Below, in pieces: positions 1 through 11,904 of a stretch of 64,000 bases of DNA. Both the position numbers and the translations under genes were made by a program. Numbering within the stretch: position 1 is the first letter of the stretch; each line of letters opens with the position of its first letter. The DNA lies in contig JAXLQJ010000033.1 in NCBI GenBank assembly GCA_046331705.1, positions 1 to 64,000 on the forward strand. Reading direction: 5' to 3'. The notes under the pieces are model-generated. The model ran no database searches. It saw only the letters and a program-made list of their open reading frames with translations, and was not told the origin of the DNA. This DNA is from a bacterium. Its GTDB lineage: Bacteria; JADJOY01.

Positions 1-577
1 GCGTCTCGTCCGTGGCGTCGACGCCGTAGTCGAGGGTCACGTACTCGTCGTTGGCGCCGGTGGCGTCCACGAAGCGGTACGTGGCACCCAGATCCGCGGT
101 GAAGGGCAGCTCGCCCTCGGCGGACACGAACTTGCCCGCTCCCACCTCGCCGACGCGGAAGACACCCCATCGACCGAGCGTCAGCGCACCGCCCGGCTGG
201 ATCGAGTCGAACGGAGGGATCTCGATCGGCGCGTCGGTCTTCGTGGTGTGAATCAACGTGCCGGCGGCCTCGGCGAGCCAGCCGAAACGTCCATCGGCCC
301 AGCTGATGTACCACTCGTCCCACGCCCCTTCGCCCTGATCGAGCTGAAGGCGCCCGAGCACCACGAAGCCCTTGCCCTCGATCGATCCGCTCATGCCCAA
401 CGCGAGGCGCGTATCGGTCGCGACCAGATCCGGGACCTGGCCGAGGGTGCTGAGCTCGACACCGGCGCGCGCAACGCCGGCGCGGCAGTACTTGCAGACG
501 GTGGTCAGGCTCGCTGCGCCTTCGAAACGTAGCGGCGCGCCACATTGAGGACAGGCGCTGGCCAGCCCGCGACTCAT
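1..577 (-). CDS. DUF4178 domain-containing protein (partial, runs off left edge)
   Basis: Not in ORF track; manual translation from ATG at 577: MSRGLASACPQCGAPLRFEGAASLTTVCKYCRAG...GFVVLGRLQLDQGEGAWDEWYISWADGRFGWLAEAAG. The N-terminal CxxC..CxxC and the GRxQ..WxEW..GWL motif are typical of DUF4178; it lies downstream of an SPFH gene, the usual context. Confidence 0.8.
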   Translation of the reverse strand, partial: MSRGLASACPQCGAPLRFEGAASLTTVCKYCRAGVARAGVELSTLGQVPDLVATDTRLALGMSGSIEGKGFVVLGRLQLDQGEGAWDEWYISWADGRFGWLAEAAGTLIHTTKTDAPIEIPPFDSIQPGGALTLGRWGVFRVGEVGAGKFVSAEGELPFTADLGATYRFVDATGANDEYVTLDYGVDATDET

Positions 578-731
578 CGCTGCGAGCTCCGACTGCTCCG
601 ACTGCGGCGAGCGGACGCGCCGGAGCGCGTCCCTGCCACCGATTCAGCATGCGCCGTGCGGGCCGCGATCCCCCGCGACCGAGGGATCACGCGACCGGTC
701 GACAGCGGGGCACGCGGGTTCGCTCGCGCGC

Positions 732-1793
732 TCACCCGAGCTTGGTGCCGCACTTGGCGCAGAACGCGGAGTCGGGCGCGACGCTCGCCTTGCAGTTGGG
801 ACACGAACGACTCTGCGGCGCGCCGCACCAGCGGCAAAACGGCGAGCCGGCCTCGACGCCCTTCCCGCACGCGATGCACGCGACCAGCGCGGCGGCAGCC
901 GCGGCCGCGCCGGGCGCGGCGCCAGCGCCGCCCATCATGCCGCCCATCGCGCCCGTCATGACGTTGCCGAACGCGGCGCCGGCGGCGAGACCCGCACCGA
1001 CCCCGGCGAGCCCGCCCGGGTTCTGCGCGGCGTCAGGGATGGAGCGCGCCGTCTGGTAGCGCGCGTAGTCGGCGAAGTTGCCGATGATCCCCATGGATTG
1101 GCGCTCGTTGAGCGTCTTCTGCAGCGCATCCGGCAGCGTGACGCTCGAGACCACGAACGAGTCGAGCGCCACGCCCAGCGCGGCGAAGCTCGGCTCGAGC
1201 TGCTTCTGGATCGCCTGCGCCAGGACCACTTGATTCGCGGCCATGTCGAGGAACGGCACGTTCGACTGCGCGAAGAACTGGGCCGCGCCGGCCACGATCT
1301 GCGGCACGAGCTGAGCCGCGAGATCCTCCGTCTTGTAGACCTCGCGCGTTCCCGAGACCTTCGTGTAGAACGCGGCCGGGTCCGCCATGTGGTAGGCGAA
1401 GACGCCGAACATCCGGATCTGCACCGAGCCGAACTCCTTGTCGCGGATGGTGATCGGCTGCGGCGTTCCCCAGGTCTGCCCCAGCTTCTGCCGCAGCGAG
1501 AAGAAGTAGACCTCCGCCTTGAAGGGGCTCGTGAACGCGTACGGCCAGCTCCTCAGCGTGGTGAGGATCGGCAGGTTCGCGGTGTTGAGCACGTGCCGCC
1601 CCGCGGTGAACTGATCCGCGGGCTTTCCTTGCTCGATGAAGATCGCTGCTTGCGACTCGCGCACCGTGAGCTGGGCGCCGTTCTTGATCTCGTTGTCGGC
1701 GACGGGAAAGCGATAGACGAGGATGTCGTCGGACGGCTCCGTCCACTCGATGACCTCGATGAATTCTTTGCGAATGGCGTTCAAGAGACCCAT
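732..1793 (-). CDS. SPFH/band-7 domain protein (YdjI-like) with C-terminal double zinc ribbon
   Basis: Start reassigned to MGLLNAIRKEFIEVIEW; motifs IKNGAQLTVRESQAA, SPFKAEVYF, WGTPQPI; C-terminal CIACG..FCRWCG..CPNC..FCAKCG. Confidence 0.9.
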   Translation of the reverse strand: MGLLNAIRKEFIEVIEWTEPSDDILVYRFPVADNEIKNGAQLTVRESQAAIFIEQGKPADQFTAGRHVLNTANLPILTTLRSWPYAFTSPFKAEVYFFSLRQKLGQTWGTPQPITIRDKEFGSVQIRMFGVFAYHMADPAAFYTKVSGTREVYKTEDLAAQLVPQIVAGAAQFFAQSNVPFLDMAANQVVLAQAIQKQLEPSFAALGVALDSFVVSSVTLPDALQKTLNERQSMGIIGNFADYARYQTARSIPDAAQNPGGLAGVGAGLAAGAAFGNVMTGAMGGMMGGAGAAPGAAAAAAALVACIACGKGVEAGSPFCRWCGAPQSRSCPNCKASVAPDSAFCAKCGTKLG

Positions 1794-1969
1794 GGAACCT
1801 CCCGAGCGCGTGAGATTGTTCTCTTCGCAGAGATCGGCACGCTCAGCGCGACGAGCCGACGGGGGCGCATGGTAGCCGGTTCCACCCCCCCGACAAAGCC
1901 CGTTTCGACCGCGCACGCCGGCTCTGCTAGCTTGCGATCGCGCGCGACGTCCCGGCCGGCGAGGCCTCC

Positions 1970-2518
1970 GTGAAGATCGACTATTGGATCGACCAGCACG
2001 ATCGGCTGGAGCGGGTGGGCGGCGACTGGACCTCGTTCGCGCTCGACAACGAGGGGCACGAGCTCGAGCCCGAACGCGTGATCGGCGAGTCGATCTGGCG
2101 ATACATTGCCGGCGCGGAGATCAGCAACCTCTACCGGCAGCTCTTCACTCGCTTGCGCCGCACCCGCGGCACGGCGCGCTTTCCGTTTCGCTGCGACTCT
2201 CCCGGCGCTCGTCGTCAATTCGACATGCGCATCCGCGGCCACGAGCACGGGTCCCTGAGCATCGAGTCGGTTGCCCGGGAGATCGTCCAGCGCCCACCGA
2301 TCGCCGTCTTCGACACGGGCACACCTCACTCGACCGAGTTCGTTCGGATGTGCGCCTGGTGCCAGCGGATCCACAGCGCCGAGCACGAGTGGATCGAAGT
2401 GGAGCACGCGGTCCAGGTGCTCGAGCTCTTCCAGCAGGCCCGACCTCCCCGAGTCACGCATGGGGTCTGCCCGCCGTGCCTGGCGGCGCTGGAAGCGGAA
2501 GCGGACGAGCACACCTAG
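1970..2518 (+). CDS. Hypothetical PAS-like protein with C-terminal CAWC...HGVCPPC metal-binding motif
   Basis: 182 aa, normal codon usage; IGESIWRYI / FPFRCDSP PAS-like N-terminus; CAWCQRI..W..THGVCPPC C-terminus. Confidence 0.7.
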   Translation: MKIDYWIDQHDRLERVGGDWTSFALDNEGHELEPERVIGESIWRYIAGAEISNLYRQLFTRLRRTRGTARFPFRCDSPGARRQFDMRIRGHEHGSLSIESVAREIVQRPPIAVFDTGTPHSTEFVRMCAWCQRIHSAEHEWIEVEHAVQVLELFQQARPPRVTHGVCPPCLAALEAEADEHT

Positions 2519-2542
2519 ACGAGACGAGCACAGCGAGACGAC

Positions 2543-3739
2543 ATGGGCACACTGGTTCACGGCGAGATCCATCCCGCATTCGATCGGGTCGGACGTGTGC
2601 TCGAGCGTCAGGCGCGCCGCCACGGCGGCGGCATGGCCATCTGCGTCTATCACCGCGGGAAACCGGTGGTCGACGCGTGGGCGGGGGTGAAGGACGACGC
2701 CGGCACGCCGTGGGATCGCGACACCACGGCGATGTCGTTCTCGACCACCAAGGGGGTCACGGCGACGGTCCTTCACTTGCTGGTCGATCGAGGGCTGCTC
2801 GACTACGACGATCCCGTCTCCAAGTACTGGCCCGAGTTCGGTCGAGCCCGCAAAGCCGCGATCACCGTTCGTCAGCTGCTCTGCCACGAGGCGGGTCTGC
2901 ACCACATCCGCCGGATGGTCGACCACGGGGACCGGATGCTCGACTGGGACCACATGGTCGGCGCGCTCGCGGAGGCCGAGCCGTCGTTCGTGCCAGGAAG
3001 CATGAGCGCCTACCACGGGCTGACCTTCGGCTGGCTCATCGGCGAGATCGTGCAGCGGGTGGCCGATCGGCCCTTCAACGAGGTGCTGCGCCGCGAGCTC
3101 GCCGAGCCACTCGGGCTCGAGGGCTTCTGGATCGGCGCTCCGCAGGAGGCGCGAGCCCGAGCCGCGCGCCTCAAGGTGCCACCGCTCGGGCTCAATGATC
3201 ACGTCGGCACCGCGCGCCCCTACGCCAAGGCGGTGGCGCAGATCTGCCGCGCGCTCCGCATCCCGTTCGATCCGCGCTTCCTCGCCGACGCGCTCATGCC
3301 GCGTGACGTGATGCGGACGTTCTGGCATCCCGAGATCCTGACCCCGCCCATCCCCGCAGCCAACGGTCTGTTCACGGCGCGCGATCTGGCGCGGCTCTAC
3401 GCGGCGCTCGGCGCCGGCGGCCGCCTCGACGGCGTGCCGCTCGTCTCCGAGACGACTCTGGCGCGCGCCACGCAGGTGCAGAGCAGGCGCATCGATCGCG
3501 TGGTGCCGGTGGCCATGCACTGGCGCCTCGGATACCACCGCGCGTTCACCGGGCGCGGCTCGCCGCGCAACGCGTTCGGACACTACGGATTCGGCGGCTC
3601 GGGAGCCTGGACCGATCCCAAGCGCCAGCTCGCCGTCGCGATGGTGAACAACCGGGTCGCGGGCAGCCCGTTCGGCGATCTCCGGATGCTCGCGATCGGC
3701 GCCGCGGCGCTTCAGGGCGCCGAACGTCTCGCACGCTGA
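2543..3739 (+). CDS. Serine hydrolase, beta-lactamase/class C esterase family
   Basis: SxxK (FSTTKG), LLCHEAGL, AYHGLTFGW, FGHYGFGGS motifs. Confidence 0.9.
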   Translation: MGTLVHGEIHPAFDRVGRVLERQARRHGGGMAICVYHRGKPVVDAWAGVKDDAGTPWDRDTTAMSFSTTKGVTATVLHLLVDRGLLDYDDPVSKYWPEFGRARKAAITVRQLLCHEAGLHHIRRMVDHGDRMLDWDHMVGALAEAEPSFVPGSMSAYHGLTFGWLIGEIVQRVADRPFNEVLRRELAEPLGLEGFWIGAPQEARARAARLKVPPLGLNDHVGTARPYAKAVAQICRALRIPFDPRFLADALMPRDVMRTFWHPEILTPPIPAANGLFTARDLARLYAALGAGGRLDGVPLVSETTLARATQVQSRRIDRVVPVAMHWRLGYHRAFTGRGSPRNAFGHYGFGGSGAWTDPKRQLAVAMVNNRVAGSPFGDLRMLAIGAAALQGAERLAR

Positions 3740-3781
3740 GCGTGCCGCGATCGTTGGCGCGGGGCTCGGCGCACGCGCCGA

Positions 3782-4231
3782 TCAGCCGAACACCGCGCAC
3801 GCGAACGCCGCGATCGCGATCCCGGTGCGCGCGAAGTGCCAATGGGCCCAGCGCCGCAGCTCATCGGGGACTCCGGCGAGCGAAATGCTTCCCGAGGCGA
3901 AGCTCGCGTTGGCGCGCTGGAAATAGAGAGGAAAGGTCGCGAGCACGGCGAGCGCGCCGAATGCCGCCGCGGCCAGCAGCGCCGCATTCGGGTGATTGCC
4001 GATCCAGCCCAGCAGCGCAGCGAGCCCCGCGCTCACGGCCGCGGCGATCTCGAGCGGCCCGAAGAACCGCACCAAGCGCTGGGCGTGCTCCCGATACCAG
4101 GCCAGGAACACCTCGGGCTTCGCCGAGCGCCAGAACGGGACCAGCAAGCCGGCCTCGGCGAGGAGCGCGCCCGCGGTGAGCCCGAGCGCGACCACCGCCG
4201 CGAACGAAACGATCCGATAGAGCTCGTGCAC
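3782..4231 (-). CDS. DUF1772 / anthrone-oxygenase-like membrane protein
   Basis: 149 aa, four hydrophobic segments, C-terminal RWAHWHFART motif. Confidence 0.7.
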   Translation of the reverse strand: MHELYRIVSFAAVVALGLTAGALLAEAGLLVPFWRSAKPEVFLAWYREHAQRLVRFFGPLEIAAAVSAGLAALLGWIGNHPNAALLAAAAFGALAVLATFPLYFQRANASFASGSISLAGVPDELRRWAHWHFARTGIAIAAFACAVFG

Positions 4232-4253
4232 GAAACCTCCCCGGCGGCCACGA

Positions 4254-4691
4254 CTAGACCGCGTGCAACGTGATCACGCACACGACGAAGTGGTGACCAC
4301 GCAGGATTCCCGCCACCGCCGCCGTGAGCACGACGACCTCCCGAATCGTGCGGCGCCACGCGTGGCGTAGAGCACGTCGATGGCGCGATACCGGTGGGCG
4401 GCGCAGACCACCACGCTCACGACCGACAGCAGGTCGTCCCAACGCGCGGAGCGGAGCCACGCGCTGACCGCGACGAAACGCGACGGGCGGGGCGCCGGGC
4501 TGCGTCAGCAACAAGCGAACGGGACGAAGCACGCGCCCCTCGACGTTGCTCGCGGCTTGGGCGAGCTGCGCGAGCAAAGCCATCCGCGTGCGATCCCGCG
4601 CAGCGTGCGCGCGCTCGCCGCAACCGGCGCAGACGAGCGTCGCCGTCGCGACGTCGCAGCTCGGACGGATCCAGGATGCTAGCGCGCGCAC
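4254..4691 (-). pseudogene. Degraded DUF3667-family membrane protein remnant
   Basis: WIRPSC..VCAGCGE..RD..VEGRVLR..LLLTQPG..FRRGQR resembles a decayed DUF3667 N-terminus; it is joined almost directly to C-terminal TM remnants in shifted frames (DDLLSVVSVVVCAAHRYRAIDVLYATRGAAR; VVVLTAAVAGILRGHHFVVCVITL). Confidence 0.6.
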
Positions 4692-5003
4692 GTGAGACTG
4701 CCGGCCTCGTTCGCCGCGGCTGACGTGACCGCGCGAGCTGCGAACGTACTGCGCGAAGAACACGAGACGCCAGCAGCAAGGGGTGACGCCAGCGGTCCAT
4801 CGCCCCGCGTCTTTCGCGCCGCAGCAGGCTCGGCACATCGAAGCGCTCGAGGTGCGTGCCGAAGCGGTCTGCGCGCCTGGTCGCTGCCAGGGCTACGCAG
4901 TCACGAGCGTCACGAGCCGTCACGGTGCACGAACGAGTCGACGCGGAGCGCCGAGCGCCCCCGCGAGGCTTGCCGGTCGCGCGGCCTCACGCGCAACGGG
5001 CTG

Positions 5004-5705
5004 CTAGCGCGGCGCGGCACCGCCGCCGGACGGATCGGGGCGTGACGCGTTCGGATCGTCGGCGACGGTGGGCACGTAGACCACGTCGGAGAGCACGGTG
5101 CGGCAGCGCAACGCGAACGGATGCTCGATCGGCGGCGCCGGCGCGCCGGCGATCCCGTGTACGCGTTCCCAGTCGGGCATGTCGCCGCCGCGCACCTCGT
5201 CGGGTCCGCGCCACGGCGACCACACGTAGGGCTCGAAGGTCGCGATCGACGGAATGTGGAAGAGCTCGGACGCCTCGCGCCGCGGCGGGCCGGGCTCGGC
5301 CTCCGGCCAGACGATCTGCACCGAGAGCGCGGCCTCGCCCGCGAGGTCGGCCTCGCGCGCCACCTCGCGGTAGAGCCACACGCGCTCGTCACCGCGCATC
5401 TCGAACTCGCCCGGGACGATCCCCGCGGTGCCCATGCTGCCGGGATTGAAGCGGGTGAACGAGATTCGATCGCCGGTCTCGGGCGTCGACAGCGGCTCCG
5501 GCAGCGCGCGTGCCGCCGCGACCTTGAGCTCGCAATGGAGGTGGACCCACTTGCCCGACTTTCGCTCCTGCACGTAGCGAAAGGAGTAGCGGGACGCGGG
5601 ATCGACGGCGACCCGGTACGGTCCTCGCGGCGCCGTCGAGCATCCCGACGGCAGCAACGCCGCGAGGAGGGGCAAGCCGAGGATCCGCTGTAGCCACGGT
5701 CTCAC
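5004..5705 (-). CDS. Hypothetical lipoprotein
   Basis: GTG start; signal peptide and lipobox-like LLAALLPSG-C; globular-protein-like composition. Confidence 0.65.
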   Translation of the reverse strand: MRPWLQRILGLPLLAALLPSGCSTAPRGPYRVAVDPASRYSFRYVQERKSGKWVHLHCELKVAAARALPEPLSTPETGDRISFTRFNPGSMGTAGIVPGEFEMRGDERVWLYREVAREADLAGEAALSVQIVWPEAEPGPPRREASELFHIPSIATFEPYVWSPWRGPDEVRGGDMPDWERVHGIAGAPAPPIEHPFALRCRTVLSDVVYVPTVADDPNASRPDPSGGGAAPR

Positions 5706-5910
5706 GTTCGACCTCGCGTCTCGACGCCACCCGAGCGGCGCGCAGCACGAACGTACGGCCGCTCCGAGCGCTCGGCAACGGCGTGCCCCCGCGGCGGTCG
5801 GCACGTCGCTGCGGAGCGTGGCTCCGATGCACCCGGTCGACGCGGATCGCACCCTTGTGCCGATCGAGATCGATTCGGCAAGACCGGTGCGCTATCGTCG
5901 CTCGGTCGAC

Positions 5911-7917
5911 ATGTGCAGCGCGGATGATCCACGTTCTCCGACCGGTGCCGGGCTCCCGTCCGACGGCCTCGCCCAGGACGAGCCTCTGCGACGGACCCAC
6001 GCCGACGAGTTCGAACGCGTCTTCCAGCAAGCGCCCTGCCCGATGTGGATCAGCGACCGCGAGACGCGGCGCTTCCTCGCGGTCAACGACGCGACGGTCG
6101 CACGTTACGGCTACGAGCGCGGCGAGCTCCTCGGCATGCCGGTCGGCGTGGTGAGCGATCCGAGCATGCCGCCCGAGCCGCTGACCTTCGAGCCCCGCTC
6201 GGCGCCCGAGACGCCGCCGCATCACGTCGAGGTTCGCACGCATCGCACCAAGAGCGGGGCGCGGATCGACGTCCAGGTGCTCAGCCGCGAGATCACCTTC
6301 GCCGGCGTGCCCGCCCTGCTCGCCATCGCCATCGACGTCACCGACCAGCGGCGAGCCGAGAACGCGCTCCGCGCCAGCGAGCTCTTCTTGCGCCGGTCCC
6401 AGGACGTGGGAAACCTCGGGTCGTACAACTTCGAGGTGTCGACCGGACGCTGGAGCAGCTCGACCAAGCTGGACGAGATCTTCGGCATCGACGACACCTT
6501 TCCCAAGGACATCGACGGCTGGCTCACGGTGGTCCACCCCAGCCAGCGCGAGGAGCTGCGCCAGCATCTGCTCGAGCACGTCCTCGGTGAGGGCCATCGG
6601 TTCGACCAGGAGTACGAGATCGTCCGGCACTCCGACGGGCAGCGGCGCTGGGTCCACGGGCTCGGCGAGCTCGAGCTGGATGGCAACGGGCGACCACGCG
6701 CGATGTTCGGGACCATCCAGGACGTCACCGACCGGCGCCGAGCCGAGGAAGGGCTGCGCCACGCGCAGAAGCTCGAATCGGTCGGACGGCTCGCGGGCGG
6801 CATCGCGCACGACTTCAACAACCTGCTGACGGCGATCGGCATCAACGTGGAGCTCGCGCTCCTCGATACCGCCGCGGACCATCCGGTGCACGGTCGTCTC
6901 ACCGAGATCGACAAGGCCGTTCAATCGGCGGCGAACCTCACGCGGCAGCTCTTGGCGTTCTCGCGCAAGCAGGTGATCCACCCGAGGGTGCTCAGCCTGA
7001 ACGAGGTCGTGCTGCGGCTGGAGAAGCTGCTGCGTCGCTTGCTCGGCGAGGACATCGAGCTTCGCACCCGACTCAGCCCGGCGCTGCGCTCGGTGCGGAT
7101 GGACATCGGCCAGGCGGAACAGGCCCTGGTGAATCTCGCCGTGAATGCCCGCGACGCCATGCCCACCGGCGGCGTGCTCACGATCGAGACGGCGAACGTG
7201 ATGCTCACCGACGACCCGAGCGCCGCGAACGAGGAACCGGCGCTGCGCTCGTTCGTCATGCTGGCGCTCTCGGACACCGGCGAGGGCATGACCGAAAGCG
7301 TCAAGAGCCACATCTTCGAGCCCTTCTTCACCACCAAGGCTCACGGCCGCGGCACCGGGCTCGGCCTGGCGATGGTCTACGGCGCCGTGAGCCAGCACCA
7401 CGGGCGGATCGACGTGTCCTCCGAGCTCGGTCGCGGCACCACGTTCCGGGTCTATCTGCCGAGCGTCTCCGAAGCGCCGGAAACGCTGGTCGCCTGCGAG
7501 CCGGCATCGTTGCCGCGCGGATCGGAGACGCTGCTGCTCGTCGAGGACGAGCAGCAGGTGCGCGAGCGGGCGCTCGAGCTGCTGACGCATCTGGGCTACC
7601 GCGTGCACGCCTTCGCGAACGGTCTCGAAGCGCTCGCGGCGATCGATGCGATCGGCGCGCCGATCGCGCTGCTCGTGACCGACGTGGTGATGCCCGGCAT
7701 GGACGGGCGAACGCTCGCCAACCACGTGCAGAAGCGACGCCCGGGCATCCGGGTGCTCTACACCTCGGGCTACACCGACGACGTGATCGCGGACCTCGGC
7801 GTGCTGGAGCAGGGCATCGAGTTCATGCCCAAGCCGTATCGCCTGGAATCGCTGGCGACGCGCATCCGGGAGGTGCTGGACCAGCGCCCGTCGACGACGG
7901 GCGCTGCGGCTCCCTGA
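5911..7917 (+). CDS. PAS-domain hybrid sensor histidine kinase/response regulator
   Basis: Two PAS/PAC domains (IDVTD, IQDVTD), H-box GGIAHDFNNLL, NLAVNARDAM, FEPFFTTK, GTGLGL, receiver LVEDE/TDVVMPGMDG/KPY; start uncertain (5818 or 5911). Confidence 0.95.
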   Translation: MCSADDPRSPTGAGLPSDGLAQDEPLRRTHADEFERVFQQAPCPMWISDRETRRFLAVNDATVARYGYERGELLGMPVGVVSDPSMPPEPLTFEPRSAPETPPHHVEVRTHRTKSGARIDVQVLSREITFAGVPALLAIAIDVTDQRRAENALRASELFLRRSQDVGNLGSYNFEVSTGRWSSSTKLDEIFGIDDTFPKDIDGWLTVVHPSQREELRQHLLEHVLGEGHRFDQEYEIVRHSDGQRRWVHGLGELELDGNGRPRAMFGTIQDVTDRRRAEEGLRHAQKLESVGRLAGGIAHDFNNLLTAIGINVELALLDTAADHPVHGRLTEIDKAVQSAANLTRQLLAFSRKQVIHPRVLSLNEVVLRLEKLLRRLLGEDIELRTRLSPALRSVRMDIGQAEQALVNLAVNARDAMPTGGVLTIETANVMLTDDPSAANEEPALRSFVMLALSDTGEGMTESVKSHIFEPFFTTKAHGRGTGLGLAMVYGAVSQHHGRIDVSSELGRGTTFRVYLPSVSEAPETLVACEPASLPRGSETLLLVEDEQQVRERALELLTHLGYRVHAFANGLEALAAIDAIGAPIALLVTDVVMPGMDGRTLANHVQKRRPGIRVLYTSGYTDDVIADLGVLEQGIEFMPKPYRLESLATRIREVLDQRPSTTGAAAP

Positions 7918-7944
7918 GCGCGCGTCGCCGCGCAGCGCGCCGAC

Positions 7945-10209
<2,265 letters not shown>

Positions 10210-10373
10210 CGCCTCACCCCCGGGCCGGCCGATGCCCGCCCTGTGCTTTTTTCGAGGGGATCTTCAAGCCCCCCGCCACCAAGCCGGCTCGTCCTACTCG
10301 CCGCCTCGCCGCTGGCGAGCGCATGTTCGATCGCGCCCGAACACCAAGGTCGGCCCAGGTTCGCTCACCCGGC

Positions 10374-11681
<1,308 letters not shown>

Positions 11682-11784
11682 GCCTGGCCTCCAGCCGGGC
11701 GAGCCGGACCTCACGTTCCGGCCGCGCGGATTCGATCGGATCCGCCAACCTAGGCAACCATGACGCACCGTGGCAAGACGCGAA

Positions 11785-11800
11785 TGGCACGGGATTTGGC
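11785..11800 (+). promoter_or_regulatory. Possible sigma-54 (-24/-12) promoter
   Basis: TGGCACGGGATTTGGC versus consensus TGGCACG-N4-TTGC (perfect -24, one mismatch at -12), about 105 bp upstream of the CDS at 11905. Confidence 0.35.
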
Positions 11801-11904
11801 GAGATTTCACCCCCCTGGATGGCCGGTTTGGTTCGCGGGCGGACAGCGCTAGCCTGGCGAGCCGGGGCACACGGGCAGCGTCTCGACGATCACGGAGATG
11901 AGCC

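Noticed and set aside
2543-3739. Beta-lactam resistance gene
   Set aside because: No signal peptide; motifs fit cytoplasmic esterase-type serine hydrolases
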